Positions 1 to 13,843 of a stretch of DNA of 64,000 bases are shown here, in pieces. This stretch comes from Nageia nagi (lineage: Eukaryota > Plantae > Pinophyta): positions 154,814,001 to 154,878,000 of the forward strand of contig JBITNC010000001.1 in assembly GCA_050084985.1 (NCBI GenBank), written 5' to 3'. The notes beneath the pieces were generated by a model. It worked only from the letters and a program-made list of their open reading frames with translations. It made no database searches and had not been told where the DNA came from. How positions within the stretch are numbered: the first letter of the stretch is position 1; every line of letters begins with the position of its first letter. The translations under genes were made by a program, and so were the position numbers.

Positions 1-111
1 GGAACTTGAAATAAGAAAAATGAGCATAAGATAGTCAAGAAGCACATATCAATCATCCAACATTTAATATAATCAAACAACTATGACTACTTTGCACACA
101 TATCATCAATA

Positions 112-350
112 ATCCTTAAAAGTGGATTTTTATAAAATCTTATGGTTGTGAATGGCCTAGTAGAAATGTATAAAAAATATGGAATCATAAAAATGGAACA
201 CCAATTATTTGATAAGATGCATAATGCAAACATAGTTTCATTGACTGCAATATATGCAATTGATGCATACAATAAGGATCCATTTAAATTCATTGATCTG
301 ATGAAATACTTAGAATAAACTCTAACAATATACCCTATGCATATATTTTA
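112..350 (+). pseudogene. PLS-class pentatricopeptide repeat (PPR) gene fragment
   Basis: Frame from 112 reads ILKSGFL*NLMVVNGLVEMYKKYGIIKMEHQLFDKMHNANIVSLTAI..YAIDAYNKDPFKFIDLMK. This matches the PLS-PPR S/P motif consensus (SGF..V.NALIDMYAKCG.I..A..LFDKM....VSWTAMI.GYA..G...AL.LF..M). Contains stops and a deletion. Confidence 0.75.
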
Positions 351-1098
351 AACCCTTTATCTATTCTATCACTATCTCTAATACCATAATTTATGTTAAG
401 GCTTATGCCATGTTTTATTTTCTAAGGCTATATCAAATGCCAAGTGATGCTAAATTTGATGCCAAATGTTAAATTTTAGTAGTGATATGAGGAAGAGATG
501 TAGTAATTACCTAAGAATTTTGGAATAATTCAAAAATATAATAGGAAAGGCATAAGATATTAGTATTATGAAGAATTAAATGCTAAATAAGAGTGTATGG
601 CCCCATTTATCATCCAATAGTGATAGAATATTTAGAATAATGGAAAAGAAATCAAAATACTAGTGTTAATTCTCAAATATCATCTAATGATAATGCTAGA
701 AAAATAATTCATAATTCAGCTCATTCATTATGTTCAAGTGGAATTCCCCTATATATTAATATATTTTGTAGTGTTGATGTAATTTTTGAGATCCTTATAT
801 TCCTCTCTCAATTTTCAAAATTACTTTTTAAGAGAAAAAATGAGACCCATGTTTATCTATGAGCTTATTTTGGATTAGATTTGAAAGGAGAAGAAGATAT
901 AGTAGGTTCCCCTACTACACTAACTTTATTTCTATTTTCACCATTATAATTAGGGTTATTTAGTTTGGAAAAGGGGTGGTGTGAGTTTCTTTTTTCATTG
1001 GTTAAGTAATCAAAAATATCATAGGTGCATGATTAATTTGAATGTAAAATAGTTAGGATTCCATTCAAAAATCTATCTTCTAACCTAATAAAAAAAAC

Positions 1099-4000
1099 TA
1101 TCACATACCAAAATCCTTCACATTTTTACTTTTGAAAATAATAATTAAATATTATCAATTCATGAACTTTCTCATTATGTGACTATGGGTTTGTGCAAGG
1201 TTTTAGGTTTAGGTATCCTTATCACTTGATGTATTTTAGATAAGGTATTTAGTATCCTTTTACTAATTTATATGCCAATCACATAAGATAAACAAGTTAA
1301 TAAAACTCATTTGATATTATTCATTTTTGAAAATATAATTAATAAAAGAAAAAATAAAAGAATGAAAATAAAGTAATAAATATTAAAGACTATACTAATG
1401 TATAAATCTAAACTAATTCCCTCCCACATAGCCAAACCTAAGCCACACTAACCTTATTCTACCTATTATATTGTATTGACTATTATTCCAAACATTGATA
1501 AATGTTAGTAGCACTGAGGGGAATGTTGTGTAAAGTGTGGATGCTACCAAGTGGATGGAAATCCATCATTGATTCTAGGGAATTATGTAGAAACTCCTTA
1601 TATTTTTCTTATCCTTTAGTTTCATTCAAGGGTTTCATGGTGGAATAATGAGTTGGGGATTTTACTACTCCATAATTTCTCATGATGTGTATAAGTGGTG
1701 TTGAGGGAGGAATTTCAATTGTGCATGTGAGGGAGTCTTGTTTGGTATAGCATTCACCATGATGGGATTTTTTGGAGGTTTCAAAGTGTTGATTTCATCT
1801 CTTGTACTACATATTCTAAGGGTTTTTAACTATAGCATGGAAATACCATGAATGGAGGTGATTTACCAACATGTATGGGAAATTAGTTACCTTTTAATAT
1901 TTAGCTATTTGAGGGGAACCTTCCTCCATTCAATAGTACTCTCATGTATCCATGCTCATTTTTGACTTGGAATTGGAGATCTTGAATTAAGGTTTTGGCA
2001 TAGTGTTGGTGCTCCTTTGGATTATAAAATGTAAGCAAATACTTCTAGATGCTTAGGTGCAATTGGTTTTACTTTCACTTATCTCTAAATAGGGCTTTAT
2101 GTATAACTCTTATAGTTCATAATAAAAAAACATAGATACTATTTGTATTTCTTAATTCATAAAATAAAAAGAAATTTGAATAGATTGCATTATTTACCAT
2201 ATTGCATTTAAATTTTGAATGGTTTTATATATTGTGAATAAATTTGTTATATAGTCATTTAATTGCATAGCACATAGGGAATAAATATGTTCATATCAAG
2301 AATTTATATATCATTTCATTTCATAAATGCACATTGCTTACTTGCATTTGGATTTTTCTTTATAATATTATATGATTTGTATGTACATTTGGTATATGAA
2401 TAGACTATTGAACCTTCCTCCATTAAAAAATTATCTTGGAGCCAAACCTAAAGCAACAACTTGAAGCAAAAATATAAAACCAAAACTTGAAATACAATAA
2501 GGAATTAGCATTAAACAAAAGGAGTGAAACCAAAACTTGAATGATAATGTGTAAAAGTTGTATCCTTTTAAGAAAAAAAGGTTATATAGGATTATGTAAT
2601 CAAATGTATCTAAGCTTTTATCTCTAAAAGTTAGAAAATTAATCTCTTATTATTAGGATTTATTTTCACCTTTGTAATTTTAAAATTATAGGCACTCTGA
2701 TGTAGATTCCTGCAAGTGATCAAAATAGATCTCCAAAATTGTTTACAACACAAGAGTAAATCAATAGAAGAATAAAATTTACAACAAGAATTATTTATTC
2801 CTTTGAAAATACATTATCCCCTCAAAAGGATTATAATAATATTTTATAAAGCATCTTTTAGTTTTTTTCTAATTTTAAAAATGCCTAAAATATATCTTTG
2901 ATGAGGCCCAAAATGAAGCCATGCATCCATTTATTCAATACATGTAGTTATTCTAAAAATAGAACCTAAAGATAGAACTAAAAGTAAAAGCAAAATTTGG
3001 GTTGCATGATAAATATTTTAGGACTTGAAATTGTCTCCTATGGGACATGTTACAATCTTGTAGATTTTTAAATTTTGTATGATTTAAAAAAAATGGATTC
3101 AAAATGATATCTAGATCAAAATTTATGCCCTTTTAAAATACCGTATAAAGAAAGTGTAATTGGATATTGCAGGTGCATCACACTCATTGAGGACCTTGAG
3201 ACTTTGGATGAAGTATAGAAGAAATTTTGAGATAGAAAGCATTATTGTTTTATACTCTTGATACTCTAGATGTATATGCAGTTGTAGGAATATAATGAAT
3301 TCAATTTGTTAAAGATTTATAGCTAGGATATGATATATGGAGTTCATTTTAGTTATAGATATATAGTATCTTTTGGTTTACAACTTCAATCATAGAAGTT
3401 TAGCTTTTGGATTGGACATGTGTATTTTAGTCTATATGATGATATAGTATATAAAGAATTTATTAGGATTTCCATTGATGTCTTATCTATGGATACTTAA
3501 AACCATGAATATAAATAAATTGTTGTTTGAATCTTGTGAAGATACATCTATTGTTTATACTTTGATATAATTTATTTATGAAGTTAAAAGTGAATGAGTT
3601 CACACTTTTTTATAAGAATTGTTGGCATATTTCATTTACCTATAGATGTAAATTTCATTTTGAGCACATGTAGATATGAATATTAATGTGAATACCTATA
3701 GACATGGACTTAAATAGGAATGCTTTCACACAAGAAGCATAATTGTGAATACTTGTAATAATGAAAGTTATTATTCACATATGATTCAGTATTTGAGATC
3801 TTTTATAAATTATTAATTTAAATGTTGTACACTAATGTTATATCCAAACATGTAGCCTTATTATAAGGGTATTGAAACATTAGTATCATCATTGGATAGG
3901 AGATTTATTACTAGATTTTTCATGATAAATATAATGACATAATTAAATCACACTAATGGAAATGTAGTTAAGTTGATTCATAAATGTTGAAGTTGAACTC

Positions 4001-4343
4001 AAACTACAAATGTATGAACTATGAACTATGGATCTTGTTAAGTGGAATGTAGTTGAATCATGTTAAGTGGATACAACTAAAAATCATATATGGACTATGT
4101 CAATAATTATGTACCATTGGTGAATTGTAATCTTGATTTTATTTATAAATAGATTTGATGTTGATAAAGAATCCTTACATCTAAGCTTCATGATGTCTAC
4201 AACACTATCTTGAATGATAAAATAAGCTAAGTCTTATTATATTGTGAATTGCATTTGCTTATATGAATTGAATATTAATAAAAAATTTATGTGGTCAATA
4301 GTTTGCATATAAGTTTAGTATATCAAAATGTTCATATTTGAAA
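1099..4343 (+). repeat. 5' LTR of element A
   Basis: Aligns with 8865-9941 plus 15921-17830. Start tatcacatacc vs tgtctcataac; end caaaatgttcatatttgaaa vs caaaatgttagtatctaata. Confidence 0.85.
2698..3180 (-). mobile_element. Solo LTR (483 bp) inserted in the 5' LTR of A
   Basis: Termini tgatgta...tgcatca. Perfect 5-bp TSD CACTC (2693-2697, 3181-3185). Absent from the 3' LTR of A. Strand is tentative. Confidence 0.85.
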
Positions 4344-4345
4344 TT

Positions 4346-4358
4346 TGATATTAGAGCC
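4346..4358 (+). promoter_or_regulatory. Primer binding site (tRNA-iMet, decayed) of A
   Basis: tgatattagagcc vs canonical tggtatcagagcc, directly after the 5' LTR. Confidence 0.75.
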
Positions 4359-4416
4359 CATGATTCTATTTTTTTAGTTGAACTTCGATATGCTCAATAA
4401 CTCTTTATATTACAAA

Positions 4417-7400
4417 ATGAAAGTGGTTGGAGCATTAAGGGGTAGAGGTAGAAGTAATGGTCATGGAATATGTAGAGGTAGAGGAAGAAATAATGGTCTT
4501 AGTCATAATATTATGGAAATAACCTCTAAAACTTCTCATTTTAGTGACATTCCTAGTGTTAGATCATTTATGCAAATTCCTTAGCAAGATGGGGAAATAA
4601 TGATGGAGTACTTGAGAAAGTAATTACAAGAAAACCAACAAGTAATTGCTCCAAGTTTAAATGCACAACCAAGAATATATCATGGTGTACCAAAGAATTG
4701 CTTGATGCAATAAAGGGATCACATTACCATTGAGTTAACCAAATACATGAGGTATTTCCTACTGTATAAGTTCAATGGTAAGAATTCAAAGGAAGAAGAG
4801 AGATGATTTATTAAATTAGAATCTCATTTTATAATTAAGGGGCATAGAAATCATACAAATTCCACTATTGCAGCCATTAATTTGATTGGAACTACTTATG
4901 AATGGTGGAATACATATATTTCTAATGCATCAAAACTTATTGTAGATGTTGATTGGGAAGAATTCACAAGACTCTTTAAGGAGAGGTATTTTTCAAATCA
5001 ATTCCGTGCTAAAAAACAAAATAAATTCTTCAAACTAGAATAGAAAAGTTCTTTAGTTAAGATCTATTATCCATAATTCATTAAACTCTTGAGGTACATG
5101 CTAGAATTTAAAAAGAATGAAAAGGTAAAGACTCATATATATATCTTGGTATTAAAAATTAGAACTAGGACTACCATTAACTTGCATAATCTAGTCTCAA
5201 TACAAAAAGCCTCAAAAATAGAAAAATAAGAGGAGATTAATTTAATTTATAGGAGGGTTTCTTTAGAACAATAGTAAGCTAATAAGATAGAAAATAAAAA
5301 TAATAATAAAATGAAAATTTTTGATCAACCATGTTGGAATAATAACCAAAATAAAAATAATAAGTAGAGCTAAGGATATAATAACCAGTAAAGTAAGAAT
5401 GGGAAAAAGTATTTCTAGGAAAATGAATCTAGAAGGGATGCAAAAAGAAATGAGCCAAATGAAACTGGTAGTGATTAAGTGATCTGAATAACCAACCTAT
5501 GCAAAGACTAGGTGTTTCCTATATGGTGGTAAGTATTACAAGGCTCAATATCCTAATAGGGAATACTACAATGCTAATAAAGCTAATCCAAATGATAATC
5601 ATCATATCTTTATAGTCACTAATAAGATAGAAACATATAATTAAGCCTCAACCAATATTCTTGAAGGTAAAATTTGTAACCATCAAGTCTTTATTTTGAT
5701 TGACTATGGTACAACAAAATGTTTTGTATCTTATTACATTCTTGATATAGTTTCACCTAACTATGAGTTAAAAATACACCTTCATGTGGTATCTTTGCCT
5801 TCATATGAGATAATATTAGGTATGTATTGGCTACATCAAGCAAAACCCAAGGTAAGTATTCCTAAAAAAGTTATTAAGGTTACTAATAATAGTGGTGAAA
5901 AGGTAGTACTACATATTTTTAAGAAAACATTTTCCATGAATCCTTTATTATCCTTACAATTATTCAAATTTGGAAAAATAAAAGTATCAAATTTTCATTG
6001 TAAAAGTGCCCTGTGATGATCAAAAAGAGGTACTTGATCCTTTTCAATAGTATCCAATCCTTAAATAATTTGAGGATGTTTTTCCAAGTGAACTTACTGG
6101 CATGCCCCTAGTGAAAGAATTTGATTTCATAGTTGATTTAAAACTAGGGGATAAACCTATGTCAATAGCACCTTATCATATGACTACCTTAGAAATTCAA
6201 GAGCTAAAACTAATGTTGCAAGAACTCTTGGTTAAAGGTGTAATTAAGCCTAGTGTGTCACCTTGGGGAGCTCCATTTTTTTGTCAAAAATAAAGGCATA
6301 ACTTTGAGGTTTTGTATTGATTATAAGCTTTTGAACATGTTAACTATCAAAAATTGCTACCCATTACTAAGAATAGATGATTTGTTTGATTAGTTAAAGG
6401 ATGCATGTGTGTTTTCTAATATTAATCTTAGATTTGGATATCATCAACTAAAAATAAAAGATCAAAACACTTTTAGGATAACTTTAGAAACTTAGTATGT
6501 CCACTATGATTTTATTATTTTACTCTTTGGATTGACAAATACTCTATAGGCCTTTATGAACATGATGAATAGTGTCTTTAGAGTGTATTTGGAAAAGGTT
6601 GTTTTGTTTTTTCTTGATTGTGTTTTGATATAATGCAAGAACTAAGAGGAACATGGTAAACATCTAAGAAAAATACTAAAAATTCTTAAGAAAAATCAAT
6701 TGTATGGGAATTTGTCAATATGTGAATTTTACACTTCTCATGTCTAGTATCTTAGGCATACTATCTTTGTTGATTATTTAGTAGTATATTCCAATAATAT
6801 TGAACTAATACTTTCTTAGCTAACCCTTATAATATTTCATAAATATGAAGCTTTATGGGCCTTGCAAGTTATTATAGGAAGTTTGTGAAAGACTTATCTA
6901 AAACAACATACCCAATCACTCAACTACAGAGGAAGGGTAAGAAATTTGTATGGAATGAAAAATGTAATTTACCTTTGAATTTGATTAAATAGAATTTGAA
7001 TACAACCCCCATTCTCAAATTGCCTAATCCTCGAAAGGAATTTATATTTTGTATAGATGCTTGCATAGAAGGCCTCAAAGGTGTTCTTATGTAAGAAGAG
7101 ATGATTTTACCCTATGAATTATGAAATTTGAAGGATCCTAAAATGAATTACCCCACATAAGATTTTGAGTTAGCAACAGTTGTGCATGCTCTCAAAATAT
7201 GGCATCACTACTTATTAGGTAGGCTATATTGTTTCAAACTTGATCAACATAGTTTGCAATATTTATTCACATAATCTACCTTGAACGCAAGATAATATCA
7301 TTGGATGGAATTCCTAGTGGAGTGTGATATGTAGATTGAATACATTAAGGGAAAATAAAATAAGGTTGCAAATGCCTTAAGTAGAAAAACACATACTATA

Positions 7401-8820
7401 AGGATTGTTTCTAGTTATAAATCACATTTGAAAGAGAGAGTAAGCAGGTATCAAAGTAAAGATACATTTTGCAATGACTAAAAAGGAAGAATCTGATAAG
7501 GCTACAAAAGGGATTTATTTTTAAAATTGATGAAATATTTTATGTTGATGACAAAATAGTTATTCCTTTAGAAGGTAACCAAAGGAAGCAAATCATGTAT
7601 GAGTTTCATTTTACACCTTTCTCTATACATCTAGGTATCATAAAGATGAGAGAAAATATTAGAAAATAATATTATTGGTTACACATGAAAAAGTACATTA
7701 TTGAATATGTAACTAAGTGTCTAAAATGTCATAAGGTTAAGACTTAAAGGATTAGACCTACTAGTAGTATTCATCCTCTTGAGATTCCATCTCATAAATG
7801 GAAATTGATAAGCATGGGTTTTATTATTGGGGTTACCCAAAACCAAGTTTTATCATAATTCAATCTTTGTGATTATGGATAGACTCACCAAGGTAGCTTA
7901 TTTTATACCTCGTAATACTATTGATGATGCAATTATGATTTCTCATATATTCATAAAAAAATATTTAGGTAACATGGCTTACTAAAAAATTTATATAATA
8001 CCAAGATAGTAAGTTTACCTCAAATTTTTGGTAGGATTTGCACAAGGAAGTTCAACTTATCATCTTGAAATGAATGGGGAAATAGAGAGTGTAAATTAAG
8101 TCTAGAAGATATGCTTTATTTGTACTATATTAACACTCCTACTAAATGGGAAGGAAAATTTCATCTTGTAGAGTTTGCTTATAATAATTACTTTCAAAGA
8201 TATTTAGGCATGGAAGCATTTAAAGTACTATATGGGAAAAGGTATAAAACACACATGTCTTGGAAAAAAATCAATATAAAGTTTCCATTGAACCAAAAAT
8301 GTTATGTAAAATGGAGATACAACTTAAAAGTATACAATAGAAGTTGAAAGAAGCTTCAAATAGGATTAATAGTTTTTCAAATCTTAAAATCATAAGCTAT
8401 AAAGAGTTATAGGAAGGTGATAAAGTGTTATTACAAATAAAACCTTAGAAAAGTATGATTAAATCCTAACAACTTGTACCTAGATTCATTAGGCCTTTTA
8501 CTATTACTAAAAGAGTTAATGCAATGGCTTATAAATTGGAACTTCAAATCTTTCAAAGATGCATAATGTGCTTCATATGTCACTCCTAAAGAAGTATGTA
8601 CCAGATCCTACCCATTTTTGGAATGTACATAAACTTCAAATGAGATATTTTTTTTTGTAGAAATTAAGCCTATATGACTTTTGTATTTTCATTCTATAGT
8701 GCTCAAAAATTGAGATATTCAAGAGTGAAAGGTGTAGTGGGATCATTATTTTGAGAAATATGCTACTTGGTAGGATGTTAATACTATGAAGCAATTATCT
8801 TTTGAATTATTTTTTAGTAA
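4417..8820 (+). pseudogene. gag-pol: gag-pol of element A (Gag, protease, RT, RNase H, integrase, chromodomain), many stops and frameshifts
   Basis: Protease LIDYGTTKCFV; RT PMSIAPYHMTTLEIQELK...PSVSPWGAP; integrase HLVEFAYNN; C-terminal chromodomain KV*WDHYFEKYATW*D at about 8660-8815. Confidence 0.9.
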
Positions 8821-8845
8821 TAATCCAAACTCGTACAATTGAGTT

Positions 8846-8862
8846 AAAGAAAAGGGGGAAAG
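8846..8862 (+). promoter_or_regulatory. Polypurine tract of A
   Basis: aaagaaaagggggaaag immediately before the TG start of the 3' LTR at 8865. Confidence 0.8.
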
Positions 8863-9941
8863 TATGTCTCATAACAAAAGCCTTCACCTTTTTTTACTTT
8901 CAAAAATAATAATTAAATATTATTGATTCATGACCATACTCATTATGTGATAATGGGTTTTTTAGGGTTTTAGGTTTAGGTCTTCTTATCACTCGATGTC
9001 ATTGTGATAAGGAATTTAAAAGATTTCTTTTTAATGATTTATATACCTATTACATAAGATAAACAAGTTAATATAACTCATTGGATATTATTCTTTTTTG
9101 AAAATATAAGTAATAAAAATAAGAAAAAAAATTAGAAAATTAAAATTGAATAATAAATACTAAAGACTATGATTGTATTAGAGTTGTGTTAGGGTTTGAG
9201 CATATGGGAGCTTGATAGAGAGATTGTGAGGGACTAAGGAGATAGTGCATTAAGGTTGCTGTAGATTGTAATCCCTATGTTTTTTGGACTATTATAAAGA
9301 TCAAATTGGTAGTTTCTCTAGGGATGTCACCCACACTAGGTGAACCTCTTTAAATATTCTGTTAATATCTTAAGTAATTATTCTTGGTTATTTATTTTAC
9401 TTACTTATTAAAACTTTATTTTGCATATACATATATATATACCCAAAATCCCTCCCATATAGTCAAAATTTAACCCACCTTAATCTTATTTTGTACATTT
9501 CACTATATATATTATTGTTCCAAACATTGGTGAATGTTAGTATTATTGAGGGAATGTTGTGGAAAGTTTGGATGCTACCAAGTGAATGGAAGTCCACCAT
9601 TGAGTCTAGGGAATTATCTAGAAAATCCTCCTTATATTTTGCTTGTCCTTTACTACTACTCAAGGGTTTCATGGAGATATGGTGAGTTGGGGATTTTTCT
9701 ACTCTATATTTTTTAATGATGAATGCAAGTGGCATTGAGGGATTTCACCATCATGGCATTGTTTGGGGATTTCAAAGTTTTGATTCCATTTCCTATATTT
9801 CCTATTCTAAGGGGTTTTAATTACATCATATAATCAATTAAATTGTAACATTGATATATTATAGGGCAACCTCCTTGCATTCAATGTTGCTCTCATGCTC
9901 ACTTTCAACTTGGAATTGGAGGTCTTGAACTGGGGTTTTGG

Positions 9942-10798
9942 TGTTAACACATAAAAATGAATTTATGTTTTTAAATCAATAAATTAATGAAAAACATGCT
10001 TGGTCTAAATATATGTCTTGAATGTCTTAATGTGATAATATTAATGTTTTTCTTGAATGTGAATTTTATAATGATTATCTTGAATATTGCATGGATTATC
10101 TTGAATATTGCATGAATTATCTTGTTTATTGGTGTGGTTATCTTGAATGTTGTGAATTAGCCTTGTTTATGTAGATGTAGGCTGACCCATGGGTTGTATT
10201 ATCTATTATCTATATAAATAAGGGATCTAATAGTAAGTCCACAATCAAGGATACACATGATCCCACATATGGTCTTGTAGTGGCAACCCCTTTAGGTATC
10301 TCTTGATACCGCCTACAAGGTTGTGGTTTGTGTACTTCCTTTCGTGAGTTATCCTAACATCTTCGATCTATTCTGATATCACACTGCTATCTAATACATC
10401 CGTATTGAAGTTCTGGACTTGATTTAGAGGTCAAAAACTATCAAAAGAAGGCCATCGATGCTCCTTTATGAACCAAGAACACCATTGGTGCTCTCTTATC
10501 TCTGAAAAGGACCACCCGCAGTCTTCTTTTTGCATCTTCATAGGTCACTACATTTTTAAGGGGCAGTTCATCATCAGTACATCGCCAACATCTTCATCTT
10601 TTGTTGTCAGGTACGTTCTATGAGGTAAGTATACAAATTACAACCTTATTTGGTACAATTACATTTAAATTTCTAAATCAGCTATCTTGTTCATTACTAT
10701 TGAGAATAAATTGCTATCCATAGCTCAAATATAGATATATTGGGTTTGTAGATATTTACTTATTTATTTATTTGCATGCTCAATTTTATTTGTAAACA
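9942..10798 (+). repeat. 5' LTR of B
   Basis: tgttaacaca...tgtaaaca; roughly 95% identical by eye to 15059-15915. Confidence 0.95.
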
Positions 10799-10800
10799 TT

Positions 10801-10818
10801 TGGTGAACCCGACGTGAA
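10801..10818 (+). promoter_or_regulatory. Primer binding site complementary to tRNA-Trp
   Basis: tggtgaacccgacgtgaa is the reverse complement of the plant cytosolic tRNA-Trp(CCA) 3' end (..TTCACGTCGGGTTCA-CCA). It lies 2 nt after the LTR. Confidence 0.85.
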
Positions 10819-10838
10819 ACATGCTTTCTGATTCAACA

Positions 10839-13058
10839 ATGGGTAGAGATATAAATGAATTATCAGATTATCCTTCATTAGTTTAATCATTGCCTAAACA
10901 AAATAAAAGAAAAAGAAAAACCTGGAAAGGAATCATGCCAATAAGAAAGTGTGCTAGGTTAATCAAAACTAGTACCCCCTTTGTTGTTAAAACTAATTTT
11001 TCAACTAATGAATCTTATCATGATGATTCTGAAGATAATGATAGCTTGGATAATGAAACCCTTGAAGGAGGAATCTTAGAAAATCTAGTTCCACCTTTGG
11101 AAAATAAATCACAGTTGGTCCCTTATCGCTTGGTAAAATCTAACGATATGAACCTCACTGAAAATAAACTAAGGTTGATACAAAAATTCATAGAGCATTC
11201 TAGGGCATTCTACAAGTTCTTCAAAGATCCTACCATAGCTTATTCAATGCATAAAATCTATGAATTTTTAACTATGAATGGTCTTAGATTTTCCTTTAGA
11301 ACATTTCTTGATGAACCAATCTTTTTTTCAAGCATCATAATCGATCATAATAGGACCGCTCATGATCTAAACCCTGTAGAAATGGACTGCCCACAGACCA
11401 TTTATACCATGGAAAGTCATATCAACTTTTGTATGCTCCATCATGATCAAAACTCTTTTACCCCTAAGATAGTTAAACAAAATGTTTGTGAACCCTCTTC
11501 GTCATCTTTGGCATTTGAAAATCATATATCAATAACATTAGAAGAAGATGATGATGAAATAATTGAGTTTGGTGATGAGTCTGATAGTGAGTCAGAAATA
11601 GAACTTGAAATAGACCTTGTTGCACAAAAACTTCTTAATGCTTACCCTTTTTGGTCAGATAAAGAAAAGAAAATCAAAGAAATAGAGGTAAAGAAAATAA
11701 CAAATACAAAATCTTACCAGAAAGCTCAATTGAGTGTAAGACAGGTCATCATGGGAGAACTAGAAATTCAATTGATTCATGAATGGAGAGAACAAATAGG
11801 AAGATTTACTCCTAGAATACTTGATTATGAAAGTGAATAAGAACCTAAAAATCTTGATTTCATAAATAAGCAACCTAAAGATAATCCAAACTCATCAATT
11901 AAAAAAGAAAACTTAGATAAAATGAGAGCTCAATTAGCAAACATGGCTGAACAATTGAAAAGGCTAATACATTTAAATGAAGCAAAAGAGAATAAATAAC
12001 TAGAAGAAAGTCACCCACTTTGTTCGAGATTAAGAAGTAAAATTTGGGAAGGGAAAGACATAGATTTTGATAAATATAATGGTATGAGTGATCCGAGAAT
12101 GCATATTGTAATCTTTGAAGAAGCAGCTTATAGACATCAACATGATTTTGATATGTTAGCCAGACTTTCTCAACTTAGCTTAGGGAAAGAAGCATCTGAC
12201 TGGTTCTATGGACTTGAAAATCAAAGCATCAAGATTTATGAGCAACTAAAATGTGAATTCATAGATCAATATCAATATAACATAAAGAGAAAACCAACCA
12301 TTATAGATCTTGCCAAAATGAAGCAAAAAGAAAATCAACCATTTAACAAGTTTGTAGCCAAATGGAAAAAAATTGCAAAATTCATAAATTTGAATGAGAA
12401 AGAACTAAAACACATGCTGATAAAATCCATTAGAGATGAGATGATACTTGAATTCTTTAACTATCTAGACCAACCCCTCTTTGAAATGATCAATTCTATG
12501 ATTCAAAAAGAGCAACACATGATGAAAATTGGTTTGTGGAAACTTAGAAAAGAAGAAAGAAAAACTTCAACAATCAACATAATCACACGAGAAAAACACA
12601 AACATAAATCAAGCAAACCTCAGACTCCTAGAGTATACACTAAAATCACAGAAGATCATAATGAGTTGTTGCAATCATTGGTGAAGAAGGGTCTAATTCA
12701 ATTACCACCTGTAAACCAACAAGCCACTAAAATTATAGGAGGATTTTGCCAATACCATAGAGTTCATGGCCACAAAACATGTGAATGTAAAAAATTCAGA
12801 GATATCACCCAAGATCTGGTAGATAAAAAGGCAATCTCATTTGAAAGACTAGACATAAAAGGGAAAGCTCCTATGCATGCAGATAATGAAAACTTGGGAA
12901 TCTATAAAAACCCCATGCCCAAACATAATATAGGAATAATGTATGCATAAGAAAATACAACAAAAAGCCCTACTTTCATTGGGGCACCATGGTGTAAAAA
13001 TCAACATGAGGCTAGCACTAGCGGGGGTGAGTTGCCCTTCAGATATGTCATTTGGTGA
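10839..13058 (+). pseudogene. gag: Long Gag ORF of B (about 739 codons, four in-frame TAA stops, no frameshift)
   Basis: Track ORFs 10890-11840 and 12084-12950 share one frame. Stops are at 10884, 11838, 11997 and 12948. Capsid motif FDKYNGMSDPRMH...SLGKEASDWF...FIDQY...KQKENQPF; Tat-type knuckle CQYHRVHGHKTCEC. Confidence 0.85.
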
Positions 13059-13328
13059 GCACCCATGATCATACTAACACTAACAAAACTAACATTAGGG
13101 TAGACATGCTAACCAACATTATGGAAGAGGAAATGGGGATCCATTTTTATGTAAAAAGAGGAGAACTAGTACTCCATATCTATCAATGAAGACCACCTAC
13201 GATCCTCTCCCGTGATCTATTTTTGTTAAAACAAAAGTCACTGGATCCCCCTCAGTATAGAGTTCTAGCTCCTAGGTCACTATTTTGCATATCTCTAGGG
13301 GCAGATATCAGTTCTTAAATCATTTTGT

Positions 13329-13740
13329 AGGCCTCTTGGCATAGTGATCAATTTTATCTCATATATAGTGATTAGTTTTATTATATATATATCAGGCCTC
13401 TTGGCACAGTGATCAATTTTATCTTATATATCAGACCTCTTGGCATAGTGATCAGTTTTATCTCATATATAGTGATCAATTTTATCATATATATATCAAG
13501 CCTCTTGGCACAGTGATCAGTTTTATCTTATATATCAAGCCTCTTGGCATAGTGATTAGTTTTATGTTATATATCAGGCCTCTTGGCATAGTGATCAATT
13601 TTATCTTATATTGATCAGTCTTATCTCATATACAGTGATCAATTTTATCATCTATATATCAAGCCTCTTGGCATAGTGATCAGTATTATCTTATGTATAT
13701 TAGGCTTCTAGGCATAAAGATCAGCTTTTATCATATATCA
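13329..13740 (+). repeat. 39/65-bp tandem repeat array in the 3' region of B
   Basis: Core gcctcttggca(t/c)agtgatca(g/a)ttttatc at 13331, 13396, 13435, 13500, 13539, 13578, 13663 and 13704. Confidence 0.9.
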
Positions 13741-13843
13741 TACCTCTTGTTGTAGAGTTTTAGCTCCCATACATTTTATATCCTACCCATACATTTTATA
13801 TCATGCCTCTTGGCATGGAGTTTCAGCTCCCACATATCATATA

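Noticed and set aside
490-1098. Upstream part (G-patch or linker) of element C
   Set aside because: Plausible by position, but the motif match is too weak.
10890-11840. Separate novel 316-aa gene upstream of gag
   Set aside because: It is in the same frame as gag and separated only by point-mutation-like TAA codons, so it is treated as the Gag N-terminus.
13130-13215. Vestige of an integrase C-terminus (..SINEDHL) in B
   Set aside because: Too short and needs frameshifts; cannot be supported without alignment.
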